Below, in pieces: positions 30,880 through 39,060 of a stretch of DNA of 64,000 nucleotides. Position numbers and translations under genes: made by a program. The stretch is taken from IMG/VR virus record IMGVR_UViG_3300020557_000009, positions 6,448-70,447 of that record. One strand, 5' to 3'. Source of the stretch: a virus. Taxonomy: Duplodnaviria > Caudoviricetes. Numbering within the stretch: the first letter of the stretch is position 1; each line of letters opens with the position of its first letter. The notes below the pieces were generated by a model. It was not told where the DNA came from. It ran no database searches and saw only the letters and a program-made list of their open reading frames with translations.

Positions 30880-31253
30880 ATTCTTGCAGAGTGATTGGGT
30901 AATAAGGTACACTCTGCGAAACCTCATCTATCCTTAAGCGGCTAGAGCAAATCTTTCGTCATTTGCGTTTACTTTGTTTTGATTTTTACGCCTTGTCTGA
31001 CGATTCTCCAGTTTTCTACTCATTGCCCTGTCGAGACCAGGTCACCCCCATCAAAAAAAGACATGAACCAAAATCAAAATTGTTAATAGTGTGATTACTA
31101 TTACTTCATATGGTTTCAATCATATCTCCTTTTGGTGGAGGTGTCGGGAATCGAACCCGAGTCCAGAACACCTTTCAATTACCTTCAACGAATTAGGTGT
31201 GATGGTCAGCTTTCGCTTTTGCTACCGAATACTCGGTTCGTACCACCACATAA
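30880..31253 (-). ncRNA. ssrA: Circularly permuted (two-piece) tmRNA
   Basis: Acceptor piece ends GGGTTCGATTCCCGACACCTCCACCA at 31133; coding piece starts GGGGGTGACCTGGTCTCGACAGGG at 31049; stem GGGGGTG/CACCTCC has G3-U70; tag GCAAATGACGAAAGATTTGCTCTAGCCGCTTAA (ANDERFALAA) at 30966-30934; outer ends approximate. Confidence 0.9.
31051..31119 (-). CDS. 22-aa hydrophobic peptide in tmRNA intervening segment
   Basis: AGGAG, 6 nt, TTG start; MKPYEVIVITLLTILILVHVFF, TGA. Confidence 0.5.
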   Translation of the reverse strand: MKPYEVIVITLLTILILVHVFF

Positions 31254-31259
31254 AACAAT

Positions 31260-31288
31260 ATTGTATCAGATATTATGATACTTGTCAA
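31260..31288 (-). promoter_or_regulatory. sigma70 promoter for tmRNA
   Basis: TTGACA-17-TACAAT; ATAAATA just upstream. Confidence 0.75.
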
Positions 31289-31934
31289 TATATTTATTCA
31301 ATCCTGCCAGGTAATGTTTTTTGTCCTCTATGAATATCTGAGGTTGTTGATTTTCTACGGCAATTGCAATTACGATTTGGTTAATGGAAATGCCTGTTCG
31401 TTCTCCAAACATTTCTGCGTAGGCTGAGGCTTGCATAAAATAATTGGCAATTTGGTCTTTCTCTTTGGAGTAATTTGCGGTCTTCCAGTCAATGATGGAG
31501 ATTTCTCCGTTCCATTCTCCAATGCAGTCACATCTTCCAGCAAGGCGTAATTCATCACTAAACAAGGGTTGTTCGATGCCATAAATGTTATTTACATTAA
31601 TATCTAAAAAAGGTTTTAATTTCAAAAATAATTCTTTTGTATCAGGCATTACTGAGTGCATTTGAAGTGGTGACATTTCATTGAGTAAATACTTTTCAAC
31701 AGTATTGTGCAATTTGGTGCCACGACCTGATGCTTTGCGAGATATGCGATTTGCCTCTTCTTCACCAACTCTTTGTCGCCATTCGTAAATAGCTTGTTTG
31801 TTATACGATGATAACACCGTAGTAATAGACGGATAAACATTGCCTGTTGGCGTTTTGTATGTTCTACCACTTTCGGTTGTTACAGATTCTAATTCAAAAT
31901 TTAAGGCATCTAGTTTTACATGGTTAAAATTCAC
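31266..31934 (-). CDS. PD-(D/E)XK exonuclease
   Basis: YPSITTVL, WR.RVGEEEA, RGT.LH, LAGRCDC, IIDWKT, YFMQ..AYA. Confidence 0.8.
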   Translation of the reverse strand: MNFNHVKLDALNFELESVTTESGRTYKTPTGNVYPSITTVLSSYNKQAIYEWRQRVGEEEANRISRKASGRGTKLHNTVEKYLLNEMSPLQMHSVMPDTKELFLKLKPFLDINVNNIYGIEQPLFSDELRLAGRCDCIGEWNGEISIIDWKTANYSKEKDQIANYFMQASAYAEMFGERTGISINQIVIAIAVENQQPQIFIEDKKHYLAGLNKYIDKYHNI

Positions 31935-31939
31935 TTCGG

Positions 31940-32242
31940 TTATCCTAGATGTTTTTTGACGATTTGTTCCGTCTTTACTTGTTTGATTGATTTCTTTCCA
32001 AATCTTTGTGCAACCTTAGAGGTTGGATGTGCTTCTGCGACCTTAGAAAGAACCTCATTGAATCCAGATGGAACACGACCACTTCTGGAGTTAGAAGTTG
32101 AAACACCTGACACCAAAGCAGGTGCAGTTATAATTGATTGAATGTGTGGATTATTTTTTAGATATTCTTCACGCTCTGAAATCTTCATCAAGACTTCAAA
32201 TTCTTCATCAGTTTGGGTGTTGCGAAATTGATAGGTTGGCAT
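31940..32242 (-). CDS. FmdB-like small regulatory protein lacking the Cys ligands
   Basis: MPTYQFRN..T.EEFE..MKISE pattern. Confidence 0.55.
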   Translation of the reverse strand: MPTYQFRNTQTDEEFEVLMKISEREEYLKNNPHIQSIITAPALVSGVSTSNSRSGRVPSGFNEVLSKVAEAHPTSKVAQRFGKKSIKQVKTEQIVKKHLG

Positions 32243-32789
32243 TATTAGTCACCGCATTTGCGAACCAGTTAGGTACTGGTCGCTTTGTCCATTTAGCAAA
32301 ATGTATTTTTCTTTCAATATAATATTTATGATAAGAGGCGAGAGAATCACCGGCAATTTTACATTCATCAGGCATCGCAGGCGTGGGAGGATAAAAATCA
32401 CCACCAGGTATTTTATTTGGTGTCACATTCAAACAATCCAATAAACGGCTACAGGCATGTTGTTTACCATAACGAAAAGTATATTCTTTGCACAAGAATT
32501 CCCACATTGTAAACAACCACCTGTAGTTTGCAACATTAGCACGAACCCACACACCTGATGGGTGATTAACATGTGATGCTTTCATCAAACGACCTTCACG
32601 GTCATCATGTAAACGCCAACGCTTAATTTTTCGACCATTTGCGGTCTTATCAAAATATTCTTCACCATCAAGAACACGATGAGCCGTGGACATAAGTTGT
32701 GCATATTCAATAATCATCTTAACCACATGTTTGTCCAAATGCATTTCTGCACAGGTTTTTGGATGTCGGTCAAGATAGAATATGTTCAT
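32208..32789 (-). CDS. Pyrimidine-dimer glycosylase (DenV/Pyr_excise)-like protein
   Basis: MNIFYLD....CA..HLDKHVVKM.IEYAQL.STAH, H.NHPS..W, EY..RYGK.H, P.AMPD. Confidence 0.7.
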   Translation of the reverse strand: MNIFYLDRHPKTCAEMHLDKHVVKMIIEYAQLMSTAHRVLDGEEYFDKTANGRKIKRWRLHDDREGRLMKASHVNHPSGVWVRANVANYRWLFTMWEFLCKEYTFRYGKQHACSRLLDCLNVTPNKIPGGDFYPPTPAMPDECKIAGDSLASYHKYYIERKIHFAKWTKRPVPNWFANAVTNNANLSISQHPN

Positions 32790-33076
32790 GGTAGTTCCCT
32801 ATCGGTCATCATCTTTTTCTTTTTCATACCACCTTTATGTTTTTCTTTTGGTGTATCATCATCACGAACCACCTCCCACAATTCATTAAATCGAGCATAC
32901 AAAGAATCATGGATATCTTCAATCGAACCTTCAATGTACCAAAGTGCATTTCTTACATCCTCATCACTTGAATGTTCTGCACCATTAGAAATTACACGCA
33001 AGACGCTTGACATTGCATCCAAACGAATGATTTGCGTTTCAATATTTGACAATTCACTATAATACTTCATTACCAA
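32786..33076 (-). CDS. Hypothetical protein
   Basis: 96 aa, overlapping stop/start with neighbours. Confidence 0.55.
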   Translation of the reverse strand: MVMKYYSELSNIETQIIRLDAMSSVLRVISNGAEHSSDEDVRNALWYIEGSIEDIHDSLYARFNELWEVVRDDDTPKEKHKGGMKKKKMMTDRELP

Positions 33077-33252
33077 CTCCCATCATCAATCCAAACTCTA
33101 ATCGTTAAAAACAGAAATGTAAAACTATATGTTCTTTCATTTTCTGTCGCCCATTCATTGATTTCTTTTCTGAACCACGGTAAAACTTTCCAATGTAAAG
33201 GGTTCAACTGAATTATAACAGAGGCACCGCTATATTTGAGGTAATCATTCAT
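33070..33252 (-). CDS. Hypothetical protein
   Basis: 60 aa, coupled. Confidence 0.5.
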   Translation of the reverse strand: MNDYLKYSGASVIIQLNPLHWKVLPWFRKEINEWATENERTYSFTFLFLTIRVWIDDGSW

Positions 33253-33464
33253 CTTAATATGTACCTTGTAACAACAATATCACTTTTATTAAAAACATCG
33301 CCTGGTTTCCTTTTTCGACATTCAGTTCTCATTTTTGAATCTGCCTGATTTAATGCCTTTGTAACCGTTACTTGTTTTTCCATGCACGATTCTTGTGTAG
33401 GAAACTTTTCATAAATCGTATAATTATTTGACGAGGCTAACCAAACGACAAGAACCCAATTCAT
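33249..33464 (-). CDS. Small hypothetical protein, hydrophobic N-terminus, two Cys
   Basis: MNWVLVVWL...C...C. Confidence 0.55.
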   Translation of the reverse strand: MNWVLVVWLASSNNYTIYEKFPTQESCMEKQVTVTKALNQADSKMRTECRKRKPGDVFNKSDIVVTRYILR

Positions 33465-33748
33465 TAATGTACCTCTTTCTCACCTTCAAAAATATTTGAC
33501 CATTGTTGAAGCTTTGTTCTTTTTGCTAAAGAAGCATTGTATGTTGCCATTTCTGGAACAATCTTCTTTTCAATCATCAAATTAATCATGCAAAGTAAAT
33601 CTCCAACCTCTTCGGTCAATCTTTGATGATTGGTTTTACCATTATATTCAGAATCAAAACCAAATCGAAAACACTTGCTAATTGCTTGTGTCACTTCTGC
33701 ACATTCTTCCTGTGCAATTAACATTATCTCTTTTTCAATTTCATTCAT
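33464..33748 (-). CDS. MazG-like NTP pyrophosphohydrolase
   Basis: QEECAEVTQAISKCFRFG, LTEEVGDLL. Confidence 0.75.
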   Translation of the reverse strand: MNEIEKEIMLIAQEECAEVTQAISKCFRFGFDSEYNGKTNHQRLTEEVGDLLCMINLMIEKKIVPEMATYNASLAKRTKLQQWSNIFEGEKEVH

Positions 33749-33972
33749 CTTAGTGTATTCTTTACTTTGAATTCTTTCATTGTATAGTAATCAACCAAAC
33801 ACCGTTCTATGTAAGTGACCAAGTCTGTTTGGCTTGTACCTTCAACCGCAAATCTAACTGGACAATATCCCCATGTTTTTCTTCTTACAAATTCTGCATA
33901 ATACTCTCTATGAGCATTATTTGAAGCATCAAACACCGTTAAAGGTCTCATTTTTAAATCTAATACACTCAT
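33745..33972 (-). CDS. Hypothetical protein
   Basis: 75 aa; FDASNNAHR..Y..F...TWG.CP.RF. Confidence 0.55.
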   Translation of the reverse strand: MSVLDLKMRPLTVFDASNNAHREYYAEFVRRKTWGYCPVRFAVEGTSQTDLVTYIERCLVDYYTMKEFKVKNTLR

Positions 33973-33994
33973 AATATTTTCACTTCACTAAATT

Positions 33995-34159
33995 AAAGAT
34001 AAGGGGCACGCTGGCTATCTCCCGATAGTCGCTGTTGTTTAAGAATTAGCGGACCTCGCCTCTATGAGACTTACTGCGGACGATCCATTTTGAAAGTTCA
34101 TAGAACTCGGCATCTCCGACTGACAGCTCGCCATGAAGTCTCGCAACTCCCCCATCTTT
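33995..34159 (-). ncRNA. Candidate structured ncRNA
   Basis: GC-rich intergenic; ends pair (AAAGATGGGG/CCCCTTATCTTT); GAGACTT/AAGTCTC helix; GACTATC-GGGA-GATAGCC hairpin. Confidence 0.5.
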
Positions 34160-34165
34160 AAAAAA

Positions 34166-34594
34166 TTAAGCAACTGCTTTTTCAGTAACTTCGGTTACTT
34201 CCATAACTTCTTCTGTCACTTCTTCAGCAACAGGTTGTGCTTTCAAATCTTTCAGTTTAGCAACCTTAGGTGCAGCTGCAGCCTTGGTTTTAGCCTTGAC
34301 AATCTTTTGTGATTGACCAGGTGTAAACGATGTTGCGCCAACACGCTTCAAATAATCTTTCACATCAGCCACATTCATTATTTGATATGCGGTGATTTTA
34401 CGACCATCTTTGATTGCCTTAACCACAGCATTGGCATTAGTTTTCATCAACCAGATATAGGTTGATAAACGATACATATGAATCTCTTTGCCAAGGGTGG
34501 CATCGATTTCTTCAATCGTTACTGCTTTGCCAGATACCATAACGGTCATCAATTTTTGAAACGGTGCAAGTTTATCAGATTTACCACGAGCCAT
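34166..34594 (-). CDS. Putative winged-HTH protein with K/A-rich then acidic tail
   Basis: 142 aa, AAGGAG SD, own promoter; HTH assignment is tentative. Confidence 0.55.
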   Translation of the reverse strand: MARGKSDKLAPFQKLMTVMVSGKAVTIEEIDATLGKEIHMYRLSTYIWLMKTNANAVVKAIKDGRKITAYQIMNVADVKDYLKRVGATSFTPGQSQKIVKAKTKAAAAPKVAKLKDLKAQPVAEEVTEEVMEVTEVTEKAVA

Positions 34595-34628
34595 AATATA
34601 AAACTCCTTTTATCAATTTAGAAATAAC

Positions 34629-34657
34629 AGTATAACACAACACGGAACAATTGTCAA
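34629..34657 (-). promoter_or_regulatory. sigma70 early promoter
   Basis: TTGACA-17-TATACT. Confidence 0.75.
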
Positions 34658-34662
34658 GTACC

Positions 34663-34896
34663 TTATCGCAAGTATACCGAAAATGTTACCGCATCTTCTT
34701 TTAGGCAACCACTTTGACGGGTAGGTGCCGACCTTCCATACTTTTTTGGTCGAGGTCCCCGAAATTTGAATCGCACAGGTTGCCCAATAACATTGCGAAT
34801 CAACTTCCTGGTTTTCGATGTATATTTCACCATTGGTATACTTTTATACAAAGAACAAAAACCAGGAGAACTAAAATCATTCAAATTTAAAATCAT
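34663..34896 (-). CDS. Hypothetical basic protein
   Basis: 77 aa; FKFRGPRPK. Confidence 0.5.
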   Translation of the reverse strand: MILNLNDFSSPGFCSLYKSIPMVKYTSKTRKLIRNVIGQPVRFKFRGPRPKKYGRSAPTRQSGCLKEDAVTFSVYLR

Positions 34897-35279
34897 GCTA
34901 ATTCCTCAGCAGAACAAAATTCATTAAATTCTCTCCATGTGCCAGAAAAAATCACTTCGGTTGGATTCTTCACAACCACTTTATTTTCATACACATGGTA
35001 TTCATATTCTTGTCCACAATCTTTTGCGGTTACAGGATACATGTAAAATCCTCCAACATCAATTTTGAAATGTGCAATCAATTGAGCGGCAAGACAACCC
35101 ATACCATTTGCAATTTTACGGTTATCACCAACAGATATGCCGTTCACAATAGCATCAAACGAATTTAGAAATTCTGCTAAATTACTTCCGTGACCTGACG
35201 GATAACCATCATATTGGCGATACATATTAATCATAGGTTCTTTACCATCATACACAAAAGTCAAACTACGAGTTCCCAT
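34893..35279 (-). CDS. Hypothetical protein
   Basis: MGTRSLT, YRQYDGYP.GHG; GGAG SD. Confidence 0.65.
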   Translation of the reverse strand: MGTRSLTFVYDGKEPMINMYRQYDGYPSGHGSNLAEFLNSFDAIVNGISVGDNRKIANGMGCLAAQLIAHFKIDVGGFYMYPVTAKDCGQEYEYHVYENKVVVKNPTEVIFSGTWREFNEFCSAEELA

Positions 35280-35280
35280 C

Positions 35281-35496
35281 TTATCTCTCCAAAATCACAT
35301 AATTACCAAAATAACTATCAAAAACTTTCACCAAATTTTCATAGTTACCACTTTTCATTTCTTCAATCACTTTATCGCCATCAAGGTTTAACTGTCGAGC
35401 AAATTTTTTAGCATAACCCATCAAACAAAAAGCGTTACCTTCGGGACCTGTCAAATCAATTACAGGCGTTTCATTTAATTTTTTACGAATTACCAT
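35281..35496 (-). CDS. Hypothetical protein
   Basis: Start MVIRKK with AGGAG; IDLTGPEGNAF.LMG. Confidence 0.6.
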   Translation of the reverse strand: MVIRKKLNETPVIDLTGPEGNAFCLMGYAKKFARQLNLDGDKVIEEMKSGNYENLVKVFDSYFGNYVILER

Positions 35497-35632
35497 TATT
35501 ACACTCCTGATAAAGTTTATCAAAAACAGAATGAATCAAGAGAATTTCTTCCTCATCATCCGAACACATTCTGCGCTCATCTAAACACTCAAAAATAATA
35601 TCCAATTCTTTGTCAGTAAAATCAATAATCAT
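35483..35632 (-). CDS. Small acidic hypothetical protein
   Basis: Not in ORF track; MIIDFTDKELDIIFECLD, 49 aa, fills gap with overlapping start/stop. Confidence 0.5.
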   Translation of the reverse strand: MIIDFTDKELDIIFECLDERRMCSDDEEEILLIHSVFDKLYQECNNGNS

Positions 35633-35871
35633 CCGAAAATCTCCTCATTCATTCTTTGGACTTGTTTTTCTTTATCAGTTAATTCAACCGAAAAAACTTG
35701 TTCGCCTTTAAAAACTTTTTCAATTTCAAAGGAATAAACCGAACCAATTTCAGTAAAAACACCTTCAATTTCAGCCAAACGAGACACACCACGACCATTA
35801 TCTTTCATGGTGCCAAACCAACCATTACGCAATTGAAAACGGTCGCCGTTTTTAATATCTTTAGTCAACAT
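35629..35871 (-). CDS. Hypothetical protein
   Basis: Start MLTKDIK; LRNGWFGTM.DN.RG..R, GSVYS. Confidence 0.6.
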   Translation of the reverse strand: MLTKDIKNGDRFQLRNGWFGTMKDNGRGVSRLAEIEGVFTEIGSVYSFEIEKVFKGEQVFSVELTDKEKQVQRMNEEIFG

Positions 35872-35875
35872 AATT

Positions 35876-36112
35876 TTAACCCCAATCTTTCTTATCACCA
35901 AACTGTTCATTCCATTCATAACCTGCCATATAATCAGAAATTTCTTTTTCTGTCATTTGGACTTCTTCAATTCTAGGAGAGGTTGAAGTACCTTCAACAT
36001 AATAATGCGGTGTAATACCACGATGATAATAACTATCAGCAGAACCACGGTCAAAAGGACCACCATGGCGGGTATCATAATTATCACGGTCTCTATAAGT
36101 AGCAAATTTCAT
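35876..36112 (-). CDS. Hypothetical protein
   Basis: HGGPFDRGSADSYY.R...PHYY. Confidence 0.6.
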   Translation of the reverse strand: MKFATYRDRDNYDTRHGGPFDRGSADSYYHRGITPHYYVEGTSTSPRIEEVQMTEKEISDYMAGYEWNEQFGDKKDWG

Positions 36113-36113
36113 A

Positions 36114-36863
36114 TTAAGCTGCCTTCATCATAAAAGTAGGATACTTCACAAAACCAGAGGTGTCTTTTTTCGCCTTACCTTTGGCATACAAACCAACCAC
36201 AACACCTTTCGGGTCTAAGAATCTCAAATCAGAATCATCACCATTGAAAACTGGCATACCAACATAATCTTCAGGCATTGGTAAAGTCTTTTTGATACCA
36301 AAAACAACCGCAACATTATAACCTTGTGCAACCGCTTTTGTCACATCGATATCATTACCATCAGCAGCGCTAAATGTTAAATGATAATTTGAAATTTCAC
36401 TTACCTTACGACCAAGAATTTTGGTGTAATCATAAAATTGGACTTCAGGGAAAGCGGAGAAAATATTACGGAATAATTTGCCATTCCGAATCACTTCGTA
36501 TTTTTCAAAAGAAAGGTCGCTTGTACCATTCAAACGAAAAACAGGAACCAAATCTTTTTTAGCACTTTGCTTGATACCTAATTCAATATCTTTTACCAAT
36601 TGAGTAAAAAACTCGGTACGATTTTCGAAAAACATTTTGGTTTTGCGAATTCTCGCTTTTTGAATAGCGTTAGTATTTTCGCCTTTTTTAAACATACCAC
36701 CACGACCAGCAGTATTCAAACAGGCAGCGGTACAACCAGCGGTACGCTTTGGACAGGTTTCATAACCAGAAAGATTTGCTGGTGCAAGGTGCATAATGTA
36801 AGTATTGAAACCTTGCTTCAAACCTTTTAGAATTTTTGGATTGCCAGTAGATAATAATTTCAT
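36114..36863 (-). CDS. GP88-like Cys-rich protein
   Basis: CPKRTAGCTAACLNTAGRG, RLNGTSD, QFYDYTK, DDSDLRFLDP. Confidence 0.65.
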   Translation of the reverse strand: MKLLSTGNPKILKGLKQGFNTYIMHLAPANLSGYETCPKRTAGCTAACLNTAGRGGMFKKGENTNAIQKARIRKTKMFFENRTEFFTQLVKDIELGIKQSAKKDLVPVFRLNGTSDLSFEKYEVIRNGKLFRNIFSAFPEVQFYDYTKILGRKVSEISNYHLTFSAADGNDIDVTKAVAQGYNVAVVFGIKKTLPMPEDYVGMPVFNGDDSDLRFLDPKGVVVGLYAKGKAKKDTSGFVKYPTFMMKAA

Positions 36864-36896
36864 AATTTAAGTGCCTTTTTCATTCTCAACAAGCAT

Positions 36897-36925
36897 AGGA
36901 TAACATGAAAATGCCGAATTGTCAA
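36897..36925 (-). promoter_or_regulatory. sigma70 early promoter
   Basis: TTGACA-17-TATCCT. Confidence 0.7.
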
Positions 36926-36941
36926 CCAGCTTCGGAACATA

Positions 36942-36959
36942 TGTTGCAAAAAAACAACA
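36942..36959. promoter_or_regulatory. TGTTG-N8-CAACA dyad
   Basis: One of six copies upstream of -35 boxes. Confidence 0.6.
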
Positions 36960-36963
36960 AAAT

Positions 36964-36979
36964 GTTAGTGCCCACTAAC
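36964..36979. repeat. GTTAGTG-N2-CACTAAC dyad
   Basis: Exact inverted copy at 38719-38734; degenerate copy at 63080-63095. Confidence 0.6.
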
Positions 36980-37171
36980 TTATTGATTTCCAATGGTTTT
37001 TTTGCGTATATAATCAATGACCGCATTAGCTTCTGGAAAACCATCTTTTTCTTTCAAATCCACGGCATCATCAACCATTTTTAATTGCATTTCGTGGAGA
37101 CCTCCAACAAAGGTCATTAATTGATTTTTTGTTAAAACCATTCTTATTCTTTGCATTTTATTCTCATCCAT
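36980..37171 (-). CDS. Hypothetical protein
   Basis: 63-aa ORF, coupled. Confidence 0.5.
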   Translation of the reverse strand: MDENKMQRIRMVLTKNQLMTFVGGLHEMQLKMVDDAVDLKEKDGFPEANAVIDYIRKKTIGNQ

Positions 37172-37172
37172 T

Positions 37173-37511
37173 TTATCTTCGCATATTCGCTTGGTCTATT
37201 GCTTCTTCATCCGTAAAAATTGGCACAGCATTGGATTTGTGTAAAGTGCCAATACCTTTCATTTTGTCGCCAGTGTAAACTTTGCCATGAACAGGTTTGG
37301 TGCAAGTACCAAGTCCAGAATTCAAACTTGGATATTTTGGTGTCTCTCGCACATATGGTTTTGGCGTAGAATACGGTTTTACATTATTTGTCACTTTGAC
37401 TACTTTTTTGGTTTCGTATTTTTTAAGCATTTCTTCCCAAGAGCGAGACAGCTCACGCTGTTTCGCATTTGGTTTACGCTTTTTTGATTTTTGATGGGTA
37501 TAGATAATCAT
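37173..37511 (-). CDS. Hypothetical basic protein
   Basis: YTGDKMKGIGTLHKSNAVPIF motif, typical of T4-like small proteins. Confidence 0.6.
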   Translation of the reverse strand: MIIYTHQKSKKRKPNAKQRELSRSWEEMLKKYETKKVVKVTNNVKPYSTPKPYVRETPKYPSLNSGLGTCTKPVHGKVYTGDKMKGIGTLHKSNAVPIFTDEEAIDQANMRR

Positions 37512-37669
37512 TGATTTGCAATTTTTTTGGTACCGAAATACATGAGTACCAATCCTAACACGGCAAAACCGATTTGTGAGGCAAACACGGCATTCGAGGC
37601 AAGAGGTTGTGCATCCATGCCACCAACTGCACCAAACACCAGTAGAAAACCCAAAACTGTCCTAATCAT
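37508..37669 (-). CDS. Small two-TM membrane protein
   Basis: Not in ORF track; MIRTVLGFLLVFGAVGG...IGFAVLGLVLMYFG, 53 aa. Confidence 0.55.
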   Translation of the reverse strand: MIRTVLGFLLVFGAVGGMDAQPLASNAVFASQIGFAVLGLVLMYFGTKKIANQ

Positions 37670-37851
37670 ACAATTTCCGTTTCATTCTCTACCACATTTT
37701 TATCAAACAAGGCAAAACCAATTAGGTCTGCCAATTTTTCGCCGTTGGGAAAATTCACCAACAACACCGCAACTTCTTGCAAGTCCTTATCGGACATATT
37801 TACCAAATTATTCACCACAGAGGTGACCACAAAATCATTCATCTTGCTCAT
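37666..37851 (-). CDS. Hypothetical protein
   Basis: 61 aa, coupled. Confidence 0.5.
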   Translation of the reverse strand: MSKMNDFVVTSVVNNLVNMSDKDLQEVAVLLVNFPNGEKLADLIGFALFDKNVVENETEIV

Positions 37852-38165
37852 ACAAACTCCACATTTTGAAAACCGATAGGTGCAACAAATTTTGCAATAC
37901 CATCTTCACTCACAATTACATCACCAACGGAGACGGAATGCATACGGTCGATTCTTTGAATTTTTTCTTCAGGACCAATGTTGCCAATTTCGAAAACATC
38001 ATTAAACGAGGTAGCGTCAATTGTCGCTACTTTTTTATAAAATACTTTTGCTTTTAAAATCGCACTAGCATTAGGTTTCATAATCGTGTCCAAGTAGGTT
38101 TCACGAATCATCGGAACACTATTTTCCTCATCGGAAAGATTAATTTGAAAAACATCGAATTTCAT
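37848..38165 (-). CDS. YodL-like hypothetical protein
   Basis: MHSVSVGDVIV motif; AAGGAG SD; own promoter. Confidence 0.55.
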   Translation of the reverse strand: MKFDVFQINLSDEENSVPMIRETYLDTIMKPNASAILKAKVFYKKVATIDATSFNDVFEIGNIGPEEKIQRIDRMHSVSVGDVIVSEDGIAKFVAPIGFQNVEFV

Positions 38166-38194
38166 AACAACTCCTTATCAATCATTATGGAACA

Positions 38195-38223
38195 AGTATA
38201 ACGGATATCTGCCGAATTGTCAA
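38195..38223 (-). promoter_or_regulatory. sigma70 early promoter
   Basis: TTGACA-17-TATACT. Confidence 0.7.
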
Positions 38224-38654
38224 CCAGCAGATGCCTGCACGCTCGGAAAGTGTTGCTTTTTAACAACATCAGCATGTTTGCACTTCCTACGATAACCAAA
38301 TCCTATACAGGAACAGGTTAATTGGTTTTTTGAGTATCCGACAATATATTCATTTCCTTTAGATTTTACCTTAAAGGTTCTTTCATAAACGGGTTTAAAT
38401 TCTTCCCGTTTTTCTTCGGGTATATTTTCGGTATTGTATTTTGAAATTAGTTTGGATAAACCCGAATGTTTGGTTTCTTCAAACTTGCGGTATCTTTTAT
38501 TCAATACCATTCGGGATTTTAATTCATCAATTTCATCGCCATGCCATTTTGCAAAAGCGACAATTTGATTTTTTGAATTCAGGAGATAAGTGTGGTTCGG
38601 AGGTCGGTATTCAATACCGTTCCATACCGTGATTTCTTTTAGAATTTTCATCAT
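38220..38654 (-). CDS. SWIM zinc-finger protein
   Basis: Y.V......TCSCIGFGYRRKCKH. Confidence 0.65.
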   Translation of the reverse strand: MMKILKEITVWNGIEYRPPNHTYLLNSKNQIVAFAKWHGDEIDELKSRMVLNKRYRKFEETKHSGLSKLISKYNTENIPEEKREEFKPVYERTFKVKSKGNEYIVGYSKNQLTCSCIGFGYRRKCKHADVVKKQHFPSVQASAG

Positions 38655-38660
38655 TCATAC

Positions 38661-38714
38661 ATCCTATCACGGAAGGATGGAATTGTCAAGTGCTGGTGTT
38701 GTTTTTTTGCAACA
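38661..38714 (-). promoter_or_regulatory. sigma70 promoter with upstream TGTTG-N8-CAACA dyad
   Basis: TTGACA-17-TAGGAT at 38661-38689; dyad 38697-38714. Confidence 0.65.
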
Positions 38715-38729
38715 CCAAGTTAGTGGGCA

Positions 38730-38903
38730 CTAACCTTTGAGGAGGCGTTGTTCGCTCGATTCTCGCATTTCTTCCTCAAATTCGGCAATCTGTAAACGGT
38801 TTAATTCTTTTTCTAAAACCGCTTTATCGCCTTGTGCTTCCGTTATCTTTAATTCTAATTCACGGATTTGCTTGAGTAACATTTCTCTATACGACATATT
38901 CAT
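38730..38903 (-). CDS. Small coiled-coil protein
   Basis: Not in ORF track; MNMSYREMLLKQIRELELKI, 57 aa. Confidence 0.5.
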   Translation of the reverse strand: MNMSYREMLLKQIRELELKITEAQGDKAVLEKELNRLQIAEFEEEMRESSEQRLLKG

Positions 38904-39039
38904 CTTTCTCTTGTTGCTTCAACAACCTATAAGTTGATTTATCATGGTGTTTCTTTTTTTGTTTTGTAATGAAGAAATTTTCTTCATGTTTTTTAAACTT
39001 CGTTTTTGTTGGTTTATAGACTTTCTTTCCGCCTAACAT
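38887..39039 (-). CDS. Small Lys-rich protein
   Basis: Not in ORF track; MLGGKKVYKPTKTKFKKH, 50 aa. Confidence 0.45.
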   Translation of the reverse strand: MLGGKKVYKPTKTKFKKHEENFFITKQKKKHHDKSTYRLLKQQEKDEYVV

Positions 39040-39060
39040 TTTGAATTTTTAAAAAACCTC

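Noticed and set aside
31266-31934. Cas4 / anti-CRISPR interpretation of the nuclease
   Set aside because: Lacks the four-Cys cluster of Cas4; fits the ordinary T4-like PD-(D/E)XK exonuclease
36942-36959. LexA/SOS box reading of the dyad
   Set aside because: Half-site TGTTG with N8 does not fit CTGT-N8-ACAG in most copies
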